From an uncultured Sphingomonas sp. (lineage in GTDB: Bacteria; Pseudomonadota; Alphaproteobacteria; Sphingomonadales; Sphingomonadaceae): a stretch of DNA of 64,000 nucleotides. Below the pieces are notes generated by a model. It did not search any database and was not told where the DNA came from. It was given only the letters and a program-made list of their open reading frames with translations. The stretch covers positions 2,275 through 66,274 of the forward strand of contig CBJLMA010000009.1 in the NCBI GenBank assembly GCA_966424035.1. Reading direction: 5' to 3'. Numbering within the stretch: the first letter of the stretch is position 1; every line of letters starts with the position of its first letter. The position numbers and the translations under genes are program-made. This document shows, piece after piece, positions 30,979 through 42,606 of this stretch.

Positions 30979-31186
30979 CCGCCGGGTGGACTTATCGACT
31001 TTTACCTCTATATTGCATTGCAGCACGAGGCGCTTTTTCGAAGCGGCGTGAAGGCTACCGATCCAGTCGGAAGCAGCCCGCGCCTCGATTTTTTCTGCTC
31101 TCCTATTCACGCGGGGCGCTTTTCGACCCCGCTCGCGGCTTGCGCACCCCTGCGCCGGCCGCGCGCTAATATCTGGAACAAATTCA

Positions 31187-32554
31187 ATGTCATTCGTCAC
31201 ACTGGGGCTTTCAAAGCCACTGCTCGATGCGCTCGCCGCGAAAGACTATTCGCAGGCAACGCCGATCCAGCGCCAGGCCATTCCGACCGTTCTTACCGGA
31301 CGCGACCTTCTCGGCATCGCCCAGACCGGGACCGGCAAGACGGCGGCGTTCATGCTCCCGTCGCTCGACCGCCTCGCTGCTGCGCAACGTCGCGCCAAGC
31401 CGGGCCAGGTTCGGATGCTGGTCCTTGCCCCCACGCGCGAGCTCGCTGCGCAAATTGCGGCGAGCGCCGAAGCCTATGGAAAGTTCATGCAACTATCGGT
31501 GGGCGCGATCTTCGGCGGCGTTCCCAATCACAAGAGCGTGCGCACCGTCGCGCGCGGTCTCGACGTGCTGGTCGCGACTCCGGGGCGCCTCCTCGACCTT
31601 ATCGACCAGCGCGCGCTGTCCTTGCGCGAGCTTGAAATCCTGGTCCTCGACGAAGCCGACCAGATGCTCGACCTTGGTTTCATCCACGCGCTGAGGCGCA
31701 TCGTCAGCCTCGTTCCGGCCAAACGGCAGACCCTGTTTTTCTCGGCAACCATGCCCAGGGCGATCAAGGAGCTTGCCGACAAATATCTGACCAACCCGGC
31801 CGAAGTGTCGGTCACTCCGGCTGCGACCACCGTCGAGCGCATCGATCAGAGCGTCACGATGGTCAACCAGGCCGAGAAGACTGCGCTGCTCGCCATGTAC
31901 TTGCAGTCGAAGGCGGTCGAGCGGGCGCTGGTGTTCAGCCGTACCAAGCATGGCGCAGACAAGATCGTTCGTCAGCTCGAAGCTGCGGGCATCGCCGCAG
32001 CTGCAATCCACGGCAACAAGAGCCAGTCACAGCGCGAGCGGGCCATCGCTTCATTCCGCTCCGGCCATGTGCCGGTACTGGTCGCGACCGACATCGCAGC
32101 CCGCGGAATTGACATTCCCGGCGTCAGCCACGTCATAAACTTCGACCTGCCGGACGTGCCCGAGCAATATGTCCACCGTATCGGCCGGACCGCTCGCGCC
32201 GGAGCGGAGGGAATTGCCGTCGCCTTCTGCAGTCCCGACGAACGGGGAAACCTTCGCGATATCGAACGGACGACGCGCCAGCGAATTCCGCTCAGGCCCC
32301 TTCCGGCTGACTTCATGGTCGCAGCCAGCGCGTTCAACCGTCTCAAGCCGGCGCCAAAACCCCAGGCGGAAAGACCCTCGACTAAGACCGATCGTCGAAG
32401 TGAGGGGCAACGACGCCAGAATCGCAACGGTTCCCAACAGCGGCACCCGCAGCGCAGCGACGGCCACTCGGCGCATCGGCCCGAGGGCGGCCTGCCGAAG
32501 CGCAAGTTCCGCGGTCGCCGGCGTTTCGGCGGCCAGCGCCGGGTGCAAGGCTAG
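31187..32554 (+). CDS. DEAD-box RNA helicase (RhlE-like)
   Basis: AQTGTGKT, PTRELA, DEAD, SAT, HRIGRTAR; basic C-terminal tail. Confidence 0.95.
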   Translation: MSFVTLGLSKPLLDALAAKDYSQATPIQRQAIPTVLTGRDLLGIAQTGTGKTAAFMLPSLDRLAAAQRRAKPGQVRMLVLAPTRELAAQIAASAEAYGKFMQLSVGAIFGGVPNHKSVRTVARGLDVLVATPGRLLDLIDQRALSLRELEILVLDEADQMLDLGFIHALRRIVSLVPAKRQTLFFSATMPRAIKELADKYLTNPAEVSVTPAATTVERIDQSVTMVNQAEKTALLAMYLQSKAVERALVFSRTKHGADKIVRQLEAAGIAAAAIHGNKSQSQRERAIASFRSGHVPVLVATDIAARGIDIPGVSHVINFDLPDVPEQYVHRIGRTARAGAEGIAVAFCSPDERGNLRDIERTTRQRIPLRPLPADFMVAASAFNRLKPAPKPQAERPSTKTDRRSEGQRRQNRNGSQQRHPQRSDGHSAHRPEGGLPKRKFRGRRRFGGQRRVQG

Positions 32555-32560
32555 GAGAAC

Positions 32561-32603
32561 CGCGCGTCGCGCGTGCGCGCCCACGCACGCGCGCATGCGC
32601 GTG
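32561..32603. repeat. Alternating purine-pyrimidine tract with embedded 10-bp inverted repeat
   Basis: CGCGCGT / CGCGCGTGCGCGC / CACGCACGCGCGCATGCGCGTG; stem 32568-32577 pairs with 32584-32593. Confidence 0.8.
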
Positions 32604-32604
32604 A

Positions 32605-35136
<2,532 letters not shown>

Positions 35137-35170
35137 GAAACATTCGGCAGCAACGGCTATTGGCGCTGGG

Positions 35171-35935
35171 GTGAGCAACGGCCGGACGATAACCCTCGCG
35201 TCATACAATATGCACAAGGCCGTGGGGCTCGACGGTCGCCGCGACCCGCATCGCGTGCTGAGAGTCCTTCAGGAAATCGATGCCGATGTCGTCGCGCTGC
35301 AGGAGGCCGACAAGCGCATTGGTGGTCGCGGGTCGACCGTGCCGCACGAGCTGATCGACAGCCATGGCATCTACAAGCCGGTGCATTTCGGAGTGCGCCA
35401 CAAGCGCATGTTCGATAAGGCGCGGCGCCACGCCGACCGCCTGCTCAAGGTCAATACCCGCAACATCGGCTGGCACGGGAATGCGATCCTCGTGAAGCGG
35501 CATGTCGGCGTCATCGACTGTGCTGCGCTCGATCTTCCGACGCTCGAGCCGCGCGGTGCGGTCGTTGCCGAGCTTTTGATCGATGACAAACCGCTTCGCG
35601 TCGTTGGTATGCACCTCGATCTCTCGGGCCTTTGGCGCAAGCGGCAGATGCGCGCGATTCTCGATGCAATCGCCAAGCGGCCGCAGAAGATGCCGACCGT
35701 GCTGATGGGCGACACCAACGAATGGCGGACGGTCGCCGGATGCCTTCAGGAGCTCGAACCCGAGTTTCACCTGGCGCCGACCGGGCCGAGCTTTCACGCC
35801 CGCCATCCGGTCGCAGCGCTCGACCGCATCATCGTTCACAAGGATCTCAGCATCGAGGCCGCCGGAGTGCACATGAGTCCCGTAGCGCGGCGTGCGTCGG
35901 ACCATCTCCCGATCTGGGCGCGCCTAAGCGCATAA
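35171..35935 (+). CDS. Endonuclease/exonuclease/phosphatase family protein
   Basis: SYNMHK, DVVALQE, MGDTNEW, LDRI, ASDHLP. Confidence 0.9.
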   Translation: MSNGRTITLASYNMHKAVGLDGRRDPHRVLRVLQEIDADVVALQEADKRIGGRGSTVPHELIDSHGIYKPVHFGVRHKRMFDKARRHADRLLKVNTRNIGWHGNAILVKRHVGVIDCAALDLPTLEPRGAVVAELLIDDKPLRVVGMHLDLSGLWRKRQMRAILDAIAKRPQKMPTVLMGDTNEWRTVAGCLQELEPEFHLAPTGPSFHARHPVAALDRIIVHKDLSIEAAGVHMSPVARRASDHLPIWARLSA

Positions 35936-35941
35936 TCTGGA

Positions 35942-37396
35942 CTAACCGGCGATCTTCCGTAGCCGCCGGCGCTGGATGGACGATCCGATTCCCATCGCCT
36001 CGCGATATTTGACCACCGTTCGCCGCGCGACATCGAAGCCCTTGCCTTTCAGAAGGCCGGCGATCGCATCGTCGCTCAAGATCTCGGTCTCGGCCTCGAT
36101 CAGGGCCCTGATCGCGGCTTTGACTGCTTCGGCGGCTGCGCCGTCGCCCTCTGCGGAAGCGACGCCAGAACCGAAGAAATATTTGAGTTCAAAAAGACCC
36201 CGGTCGCACAGCAGATATTTGTTCGACGTGACCCGGCTGACGGTGGATTCATGCATACCGATCGCCTCGGCCACCTCACGCAATGTCATCGGCTTCATCG
36301 CCGAGACGCCGCGTTCGAAGAAGCCCTGCTGCCGCTTCACGATTTCGCTGACGACCTTGACGATCGTCCGTGCGCGCTGATCGAGGGCCTTTACGAGCCA
36401 GCTCGCGCTTTGCAGGCATTCACTCAGCCACCCCCGCGACGCTTTGTCCTGCGGACCGGATTTCAGTTCCTGATAATAGCGGCGATTGACCAGCAGCCGC
36501 GGCAAGGTCGCCTGGTTGAGTTCAACCGAAAAGCCCGCGCGTGTGCGGCGGACGAACACGTCCGGCGTCACCTCTTCGGCCGCATTGCTGGAGAACTGGC
36601 AACCGGGCTTGGGATCGTATGCACGAAGCTCGCGGATCATGTCGGCGAGGTCCTCGTCGTCTACCGAGCAGATGCGCTTCAGGTCGGAGGTGCGGCCCTT
36701 CGAGAGCAAATCGAGATTGTCGATCAGCCGCGCCATTGCCGGATCGTAGCGGTCCTGACCCTTGGCTTGCAGCGCAAGGCATTCGGCGAGGGAGCGAGCG
36801 CCGACGCCCGGCGGGTCGAGGCTCTGGACGAGCTCGAGCGCCTTCTCGATCAGCAGCAGGGGCGCGCCGCTCAGTTCTGCGATTTGCTCCAGCGGTACGG
36901 AGAGATAGCCGGTCTCGTCGAGGGTTTCGGCAATGATCCGCGCAAGATCGCCGACCTCGCCCGAGGCGCCGTGGAGCTGATCCAGCAGATGCTGGGCAAG
37001 AGAAGCCGGGGCATATTGAACCCGATCGAAATCAAAGGCTTCTTCGCCCCCGCCTGACGTCACGACGTCCGAAAAGCTGTCGGTCTCCAGTGCCTCCGAC
37101 TGCCAGTCCATGTCGAGCGGCCGGTCGTCTTCGGCCTGGCCCTTGATCAGATCGTCGGCGCCGGGATCGTCGAGCGCTTCCTCGTCTCGCTCCTCGTCGG
37201 CAAGAAAATCGCCGACCGGCTGCTCGTCGCCTTCGTCCGAGCGCGTTTCGAGCAGCGGGTTCTTTGACAACTCCTCGGCGATAAAGGCATCGAGCTCGAG
37301 GTTGCTGAGCTGCAGGAGCTGGATTGCCTGCCTCAACTGGGGCGTCAGCACCAGCTGCTGCGACTGGCGAATGCTTAATGAGGGCCCGAGTCCCAC
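35942..37396 (-). CDS. rpoN: RNA polymerase sigma-54 factor
   Basis: LTPQLRQAIQLLQL, HESTVSR, RpoN box ARRTVVKYRE. Confidence 0.97.
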   Translation of the reverse strand: MGLGPSLSIRQSQQLVLTPQLRQAIQLLQLSNLELDAFIAEELSKNPLLETRSDEGDEQPVGDFLADEERDEEALDDPGADDLIKGQAEDDRPLDMDWQSEALETDSFSDVVTSGGGEEAFDFDRVQYAPASLAQHLLDQLHGASGEVGDLARIIAETLDETGYLSVPLEQIAELSGAPLLLIEKALELVQSLDPPGVGARSLAECLALQAKGQDRYDPAMARLIDNLDLLSKGRTSDLKRICSVDDEDLADMIRELRAYDPKPGCQFSSNAAEEVTPDVFVRRTRAGFSVELNQATLPRLLVNRRYYQELKSGPQDKASRGWLSECLQSASWLVKALDQRARTIVKVVSEIVKRQQGFFERGVSAMKPMTLREVAEAIGMHESTVSRVTSNKYLLCDRGLFELKYFFGSGVASAEGDGAAAEAVKAAIRALIEAETEILSDDAIAGLLKGKGFDVARRTVVKYREAMGIGSSIQRRRLRKIAG

Positions 37397-37411
37397 GGGT
37401 CCGTCGATCCG

Positions 37412-38185
37412 CTAGAGCGCGAAGCTCTCGCCGAGGTAGAGGCGCCGGACCTCCTGGTCGGCGACCAAAGCTTCGGGAGTACCCTGGAACAGCACCTGGC
37501 CATCGTAGATGATGCAGGCGCGATCGACGATGTCGAGCGTCTCGCGAACATTATGGTCGGTGATGAGAACCCCGATCTCGCGGCTCTTCAGTTCGCGAAC
37601 CAGTTCACGGATATCGGCGATGGAGATTGGGTCGATTCCCGCGAAGGGCTCATCGAGAAGCATGATCGACGGATCAGCGGCCAAGGCGCGCGCGATCTCG
37701 CAGCGCCGCCGCTCGCCGCCGGACAGCGCCATGGCCGGCGAATCCCGAAGCGCGGCCAGGCCGAACTCGCCAAGCAGCTGCTCGAGACGGTCCTTCCGCT
37801 TCTCCTTGTCTGGCTCGGCAGCTTCGAGCACTGCAATGATATTCTCTTCGACGGTCATGCCGCGGAAGATCGACGTCTCCTGCGGCAAATAGCCAAGCCC
37901 GAGGATCGCCCGCCGATACATCGGCAATCCGGTAATATCATTACCGTCCAAGTAGATGAGACCGCTGTCGGGTTTCACCAACCCCATTACCGAGTAAAAG
38001 CAGGTCGTCTTGCCTGCGCCGTTGGGGCCGAGCAGCCCCACCACCTCGCCGCGATGCACCTCCAGCGACACATCGTGGAGCACCGAGCGCTTATCATATG
38101 ACTTTGCGATCGAGCGGACTTCGAGGCCGCCATCCATCGGCCGCGCTTCGGCGGCGGGACGTTGAATGGCTGCTGTCTCGTTCAC
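37412..38185 (-). CDS. lptB: LPS export ABC transporter ATP-binding protein
   Basis: GPNGAGKTT, YLPQETSIFR, LSGGERRR, DEPFAGIDP. Confidence 0.96.
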   Translation of the reverse strand: MNETAAIQRPAAEARPMDGGLEVRSIAKSYDKRSVLHDVSLEVHRGEVVGLLGPNGAGKTTCFYSVMGLVKPDSGLIYLDGNDITGLPMYRRAILGLGYLPQETSIFRGMTVEENIIAVLEAAEPDKEKRKDRLEQLLGEFGLAALRDSPAMALSGGERRRCEIARALAADPSIMLLDEPFAGIDPISIADIRELVRELKSREIGVLITDHNVRETLDIVDRACIIYDGQVLFQGTPEALVADQEVRRLYLGESFAL

Positions 38186-38763
38186 TGCTTCTGCTGGTTC
38201 TGGTTCGGCTGGCGTTGGGGGACCGTGAAGTGCCCGGAAACACGCCCGCCGCTCTGGTTGACGCCCGGCGGTCCGCCATCGACCACTGCGCGACCTGAAT
38301 CGAGGTCGATGACCAGCCTCGAGCCGCTGAGCTGGTTGTTCTCGCGGTTGAGCTGGACGTTACCGATCAAAGTGATGAGCTTGCGGTCGAGGTCGTAGAT
38401 TCCAAAGTCGCCGCGCGCAGTCTCCGACGGGCTCCGGACGATGACGCCGCCAGCAGCGTCGAGCCTGTGGATCTGGACATTGTTGTTGCTGTTGTCGGTC
38501 CCCTGTCCGCCCGAATAAGCGACTGTCAGACGGGGCGTTTCGAGCGTCAGTTCGGACTGAGTGACGTGGACATTGCCGGCAAAGATCGCCCGGTCGGCGC
38601 GGTCCTGCACCTCGAGGCGATCAGCCTGAACGTCAACCGGCGCATTGCTGTTGTGACCCTTGAGCGCAGAAACGGGCTGCTGCTGCTTCACTTGCGCAGC
38701 AGCTGTGGTCGCAGCAAGCGCGATCAGTGCAAGGATGATGCCAATGGGACGCACAGCCGTCAT
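38182..38763 (-). CDS. lptA: LPS transport periplasmic protein LptA/OstA
   Basis: Signal peptide, PVDVQAD...FAGNV, GRVSG; position between lptC and lptB. Confidence 0.9.
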   Translation of the reverse strand: MTAVRPIGIILALIALAATTAAAQVKQQQPVSALKGHNSNAPVDVQADRLEVQDRADRAIFAGNVHVTQSELTLETPRLTVAYSGGQGTDNSNNNVQIHRLDAAGGVIVRSPSETARGDFGIYDLDRKLITLIGNVQLNRENNQLSGSRLVIDLDSGRAVVDGGPPGVNQSGGRVSGHFTVPQRQPNQNQQKQ

Positions 38764-39398
38764 CTGACCGCGCCTTGCACGATTTTCAAGCGAACACCGC
38801 CGTCGAGCACCACGGTGTGGTCGCCAAGGTCTGCATGGACTCGGTCGGCGCGAAACTGTCCGAGGCGCAGCGCACCTTCCGCAGGACCTTGGCTCGCCAA
38901 TTGGCGCTGATCCATATCGACCGTCACGTCGCTGGTGTTGAGCTGAAAGCCGTCGGCTCCGGAAACCTTGACCGGGCCGTCGATTGCAACTTGCTTGGTG
39001 TCGAGATTGTAGTGCCCCTTGTTTGCTGCGATCAGCACCGGACCCTGCTGCTGATTGAGCCGGGCAAACATTCCGTTGATGTCGACCAGCGGAGTGTCGG
39101 AACTGCGCTGGATGGCGCGGTTGGCGACGATTTCGAACAGCTGGCCCTTATTGTCGGTGCCGGTGTAGCGCGCCGCCTCGACCCGCATCGACTCTGGCGC
39201 GGTTTGCACCTTCTTTTTGTCGAGGATGAAGCTGACGTCGCCTTTCTTGTCGAGCGGCGCCAGGGCAAGAATCACGATCAGCGCGCCGACTGCTGCGGGG
39301 AGGCCGATTTTCGTCCAGCGCACGAGCCTGTCGTGCAGGCTCCCGGGCTCGGCCCAGCGCTGCTTGCTGACGCGCTCGGTGCTGCCTGCCTCAACCAT
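38760..39398 (-). CDS. lptC: LPS export protein LptC
   Basis: Single N-terminal TM, beta-rich periplasmic part, RYTGTDNKG; operon context. Confidence 0.85.
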   Translation of the reverse strand: MVEAGSTERVSKQRWAEPGSLHDRLVRWTKIGLPAAVGALIVILALAPLDKKGDVSFILDKKKVQTAPESMRVEAARYTGTDNKGQLFEIVANRAIQRSSDTPLVDINGMFARLNQQQGPVLIAANKGHYNLDTKQVAIDGPVKVSGADGFQLNTSDVTVDMDQRQLASQGPAEGALRLGQFRADRVHADLGDHTVVLDGGVRLKIVQGAVR

Positions 39399-40014
39399 CG
39401 TGGGCAAAAATGTCCTGCTCTGGCCAGCCGGCGAGATCGAGCAAGGCCCGGGTGGGAAGAAAATCAAAACAGGCCTGGGCAAGCGCCGTCCGGTCCTCGC
39501 GGGCGAGGCGCTCGTCGAGCTTCTCCTTGAGCTGGTGGAGGTAGCGAACGTCGCTTGCGGCATAGTCGCGTTGCGCGTCGCTGAGCTCGTCGGCACCCCA
39601 GTCGCTGGTTTGTTGCTGCTTCGACAGGTCGACGTTGAGGAGCTCTTTGACGATGTCCTTAAGTCCATGGCGGTCGGTGTAGGTACGCACCAGCCGCGAG
39701 GCGGTGCGCGTGCAATAGACCGGAGCGGCCATGATCCCGAGATAGGCGCTCATGATGCCAATATCGAAGCGCGCGAAATGGTAGAGCTTGAGCCGATTCG
39801 AATCGGCGAGCAGTGCCTTAAGATTCGGCGCAGAATAGTCGCTTCCACGCCTGAATCGCACGAGATGCTCGTCGCCCTTTCCATCGGACAATTGCACAAC
39901 GCACAGTCGGTCGCGCCCCGGCACCAACCCCATCGCCTCGGTATCGACGGCAATCGGCCCATCGGCAAATCTCACGTCTGCGGGCAGATCTTCCTCGTGC
40001 AAATGGACTGCCAT
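39391..40014 (-). CDS. rnd: Ribonuclease D-type 3'-5' exonuclease
   Basis: AVDTEAMGL, HFARFD, SKQQQTSDWG, YAASDV. Confidence 0.9.
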   Translation of the reverse strand: MAVHLHEEDLPADVRFADGPIAVDTEAMGLVPGRDRLCVVQLSDGKGDEHLVRFRRGSDYSAPNLKALLADSNRLKLYHFARFDIGIMSAYLGIMAAPVYCTRTASRLVRTYTDRHGLKDIVKELLNVDLSKQQQTSDWGADELSDAQRDYAASDVRYLHQLKEKLDERLAREDRTALAQACFDFLPTRALLDLAGWPEQDIFAHDG

Positions 40015-40227
40015 TCTCGCTCCTGAAATAAGGCTCCCGCGCGCTTTAGTCCGCCTCATGGGTTCCTTGCCAGCCCTGTGCCTCACTGAGTCACTAGAGC
40101 CCGCCTTATTTTTCTTGTAAGGGCGTGAACGGTGCGTGAGCGGTTTTACGCGCCATGACCGGTTGCGCCATTCAGCCCGAGCGCGTTGGTTTCTGGGGTA
40201 GGCGGGCTCATTAAGTTCGGACGGTTC

Positions 40228-40992
40228 ATGGGTTTCGATAGAGGGCGCAAGGGGGACCGCGGCGGGCGCGGCCGCGACAAGCGCGAAAGTTTCGGCGACG
40301 AAGGCAATTTCGGCGAATTCGGCTACCAGGAGCGCGGCGGCTACGGCGCCGGACGCGGCGGCGGCTTTGGCGATCGTGGCGGCTTCGGCGGCGGCGGTGG
40401 CTATGGTGACCGCGGTGGTGGCGGCGGCGGCGGCGGATTCCGCGGCGGTGGCGGCGGCGGCGGGTTCCGGGGCGGCGGCGGCGGCATGTCTCCGCAGGTC
40501 GTTGGCGAGGGCAAGGGCGTCGTCAAATTCTTCAACCCCCAAAAGGGTTTCGGATTCATCGTTCGCGACGATGGCGGAGAGGATGTGTTCGTTCACATCT
40601 CGGCGGTCGAGCAGGCCGGTCTCACGGATCTCGCCGACGGCCAGCCGCTCGAATTCACCCTGGTCGATCGCGGCGGGCGCATCTCTGCAACCAATTTGCG
40701 GATCGAAGGCGAGCCGATGGCGGTCGAGCGCAGCGGTGGCGCTGGCGCCGGCGGCGGGCCACAGCGCCAGCTGACAGGCGAGAAGGCCAGCGGCACGGTG
40801 AAATTCTTCAACGCGATGAAGGGGTTCGGCTTCATCCAGCGTGACGACGGCCAGCCCGATGCATTCGTGCACATCTCGGCAGTTGAGCGCGCGGGTATCC
40901 CGACGCTCAACGAGGGTGACCGCCTCGAGTTCGAGCTCGAAGTCGATCGACGCGGCAAATATGCGGCGGTGAACCTTCAGCCGATCAGCTGA
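40228..40992 (+). CDS. Cold-shock protein with two CSDs and N-terminal RGG/Gly-rich region
   Basis: Two copies of GxVKFFNxxKGFGFI...FVHISAVE. Confidence 0.93.
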   Translation: MGFDRGRKGDRGGRGRDKRESFGDEGNFGEFGYQERGGYGAGRGGGFGDRGGFGGGGGYGDRGGGGGGGGFRGGGGGGGFRGGGGGMSPQVVGEGKGVVKFFNPQKGFGFIVRDDGGEDVFVHISAVEQAGLTDLADGQPLEFTLVDRGGRISATNLRIEGEPMAVERSGGAGAGGGPQRQLTGEKASGTVKFFNAMKGFGFIQRDDGQPDAFVHISAVERAGIPTLNEGDRLEFELEVDRRGKYAAVNLQPIS

Positions 40993-41014
40993 GGGTCGTC
41001 GACGGGGGCGTTGA

Positions 41015-41044
41015 GGGCCGGCAGTTCGATCTGCCGGCCCTTTT
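41015..41044 (+). terminator. Intrinsic terminator after the cold-shock gene
   Basis: GGGCCGGCAG-loop-CTGCCGGCCC followed by TTTT. Confidence 0.85.
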
Positions 41045-41052
41045 CCATGTGA

Positions 41053-42606
41053 TTACTGGGCGCTTGCGTAAAAAGCGGCAAGATCTGCCTTGAGTTGCCG
41101 GGCCGAGGCCGGGTCGATGTACATCATGTGACCGGCCGGATAGTAGACGTAGCGGATATTGGCGGCGATCTGCGGCTCCAGGGCCAGATGCCGGAACTCA
41201 TATTCAGCGCCATGAAACGGCGTCGCCAAGTCATACAGGCCGTTCACTGAGAGGATCTTCATTCGAGGGTTCTGCCGCATCGCGTCGGCAAGATCCTCGC
41301 TAGTATCCGCAATCTGCTGCCGGCCAGTGGGTCCCTTGTGCTGGAAGTTCCAGCCGTCAGGCCCGCCGCCACCGAAGACCTCCGCATAATTGTTCGGCCG
41401 ATATGTGAGAGGCGTCTTGTAGCCGAGGTCGCGGAATAGATAGTCGTTCAAAGCGCCAACGAATGCGCCCGTGATCGCGCTGGCTTGAGGATCATAATCC
41501 GCGGCCTCGCCGATCGTATCGGGCTCGGTGCCGATGTAGCGCGAATCGATCCGGCCGATCATCTGGTGCCGGTCGCGCAGCAGCTCGCGCCGGAAATGCC
41601 CCGGCTCAACCCGCAAGTTCGAGCCAAGAATATAATCGGTCGAAAGCCCAGTCAGCTGGGACATGCGCTGCGCCACCGACTGCCTCTCGGCGTCGCTGAT
41701 CAAATTGCCCTTCTGAAGCGCCTGCGCATAGGGCCCGCGCGCGAATTCCCGCGCCTCATTGATGAAGCTTTCGAGTGGCGGCTTTCCAGGGATCTTGCCG
41801 TGGTACCAAGCGTCGGCCGCATAGGTCGGGAGAAAGTTCACGAGCGACTGGTCACCCTGGAAATCGGCGAAATTGAACACCGTCGAAACGAAGGCGATCC
41901 CGTTGAGCTGGACGCCGGCATTCAGAAGAGAATCCGATAAGCCAGCCGCTCGTGTCGTCCCATAGCTCTCGCCGATGATGAACTTGGGACTGTTCCATCG
42001 CTGGTATTTGGTCAGGTAGCGCTGGATGGTGCGCGTGAAGGCGTCGATGTCCTTGTCGACCCCGAAGAAGTCCTTGGGCTCGGCCTTGCCGATCTCACGC
42101 GACAGGCCGGTGGTCGGGGCATCGATGAACACGAGGTCGGTAATGTCCAGCAAAGTGTCCGGATTGGGGCCGTAGCGGAACGGTGGACCGGGGATCGTCT
42201 CCGGCCGGGACGCGTCGACCTTCATCGGACCAAACGAGCCCATGTGCAGCCACATGGTCGACGAACCGGGGCCGCCGTTGAAGAGGAAAGTCAGCGGCCG
42301 GGGGCGTCCTGCCGACGGGACCGTATAGGCGACATAAAAGATACTTGCAGTCGGCTCACCCTTGTCGTTGCGGATCGTCAAATGGCCCGGAGTGACGGTG
42401 TAGGCGAGACTCTTGCCGCGCAAAGGCATCGAGCGATGCACCGGCTGCGCGTCCTCCTCGATGCTTGCTTTGGCGACATCCTTGTCCTCTTTGGGAGCTT
42501 CCGCTTTCACATTCTTCGGCGGGACATCGCCGGCCGGGGGCTCATCGGCAGCAAAAGCGGGCGCGCCCAAGGCGAGCGCAATGGCGAGCAAAGACGAGCG
42601 CATCAT
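41053..42606 (-). CDS. S10 family serine carboxypeptidase, secreted
   Basis: FNGGPGSS, GESYG, DLATP, AGHMMY. Confidence 0.92.
   Translation of the reverse strand: MMRSSLLAIALALGAPAFAADEPPAGDVPPKNVKAEAPKEDKDVAKASIEEDAQPVHRSMPLRGKSLAYTVTPGHLTIRNDKGEPTASIFYVAYTVPSAGRPRPLTFLFNGGPGSSTMWLHMGSFGPMKVDASRPETIPGPPFRYGPNPDTLLDITDLVFIDAPTTGLSREIGKAEPKDFFGVDKDIDAFTRTIQRYLTKYQRWNSPKFIIGESYGTTRAAGLSDSLLNAGVQLNGIAFVSTVFNFADFQGDQSLVNFLPTYAADAWYHGKIPGKPPLESFINEAREFARGPYAQALQKGNLISDAERQSVAQRMSQLTGLSTDYILGSNLRVEPGHFRRELLRDRHQMIGRIDSRYIGTEPDTIGEAADYDPQASAITGAFVGALNDYLFRDLGYKTPLTYRPNNYAEVFGGGGPDGWNFQHKGPTGRQQIADTSEDLADAMRQNPRMKILSVNGLYDLATPFHGAEYEFRHLALEPQIAANIRYVYYPAGHMMYIDPASARQLKADLAAFYASAQ

Noticed and set aside
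35990-36030. RpoN box variant ARRTVVKYRE (usually ARRTVAKYRE)
   Set aside because: A single conservative substitution; no evidence of altered function.
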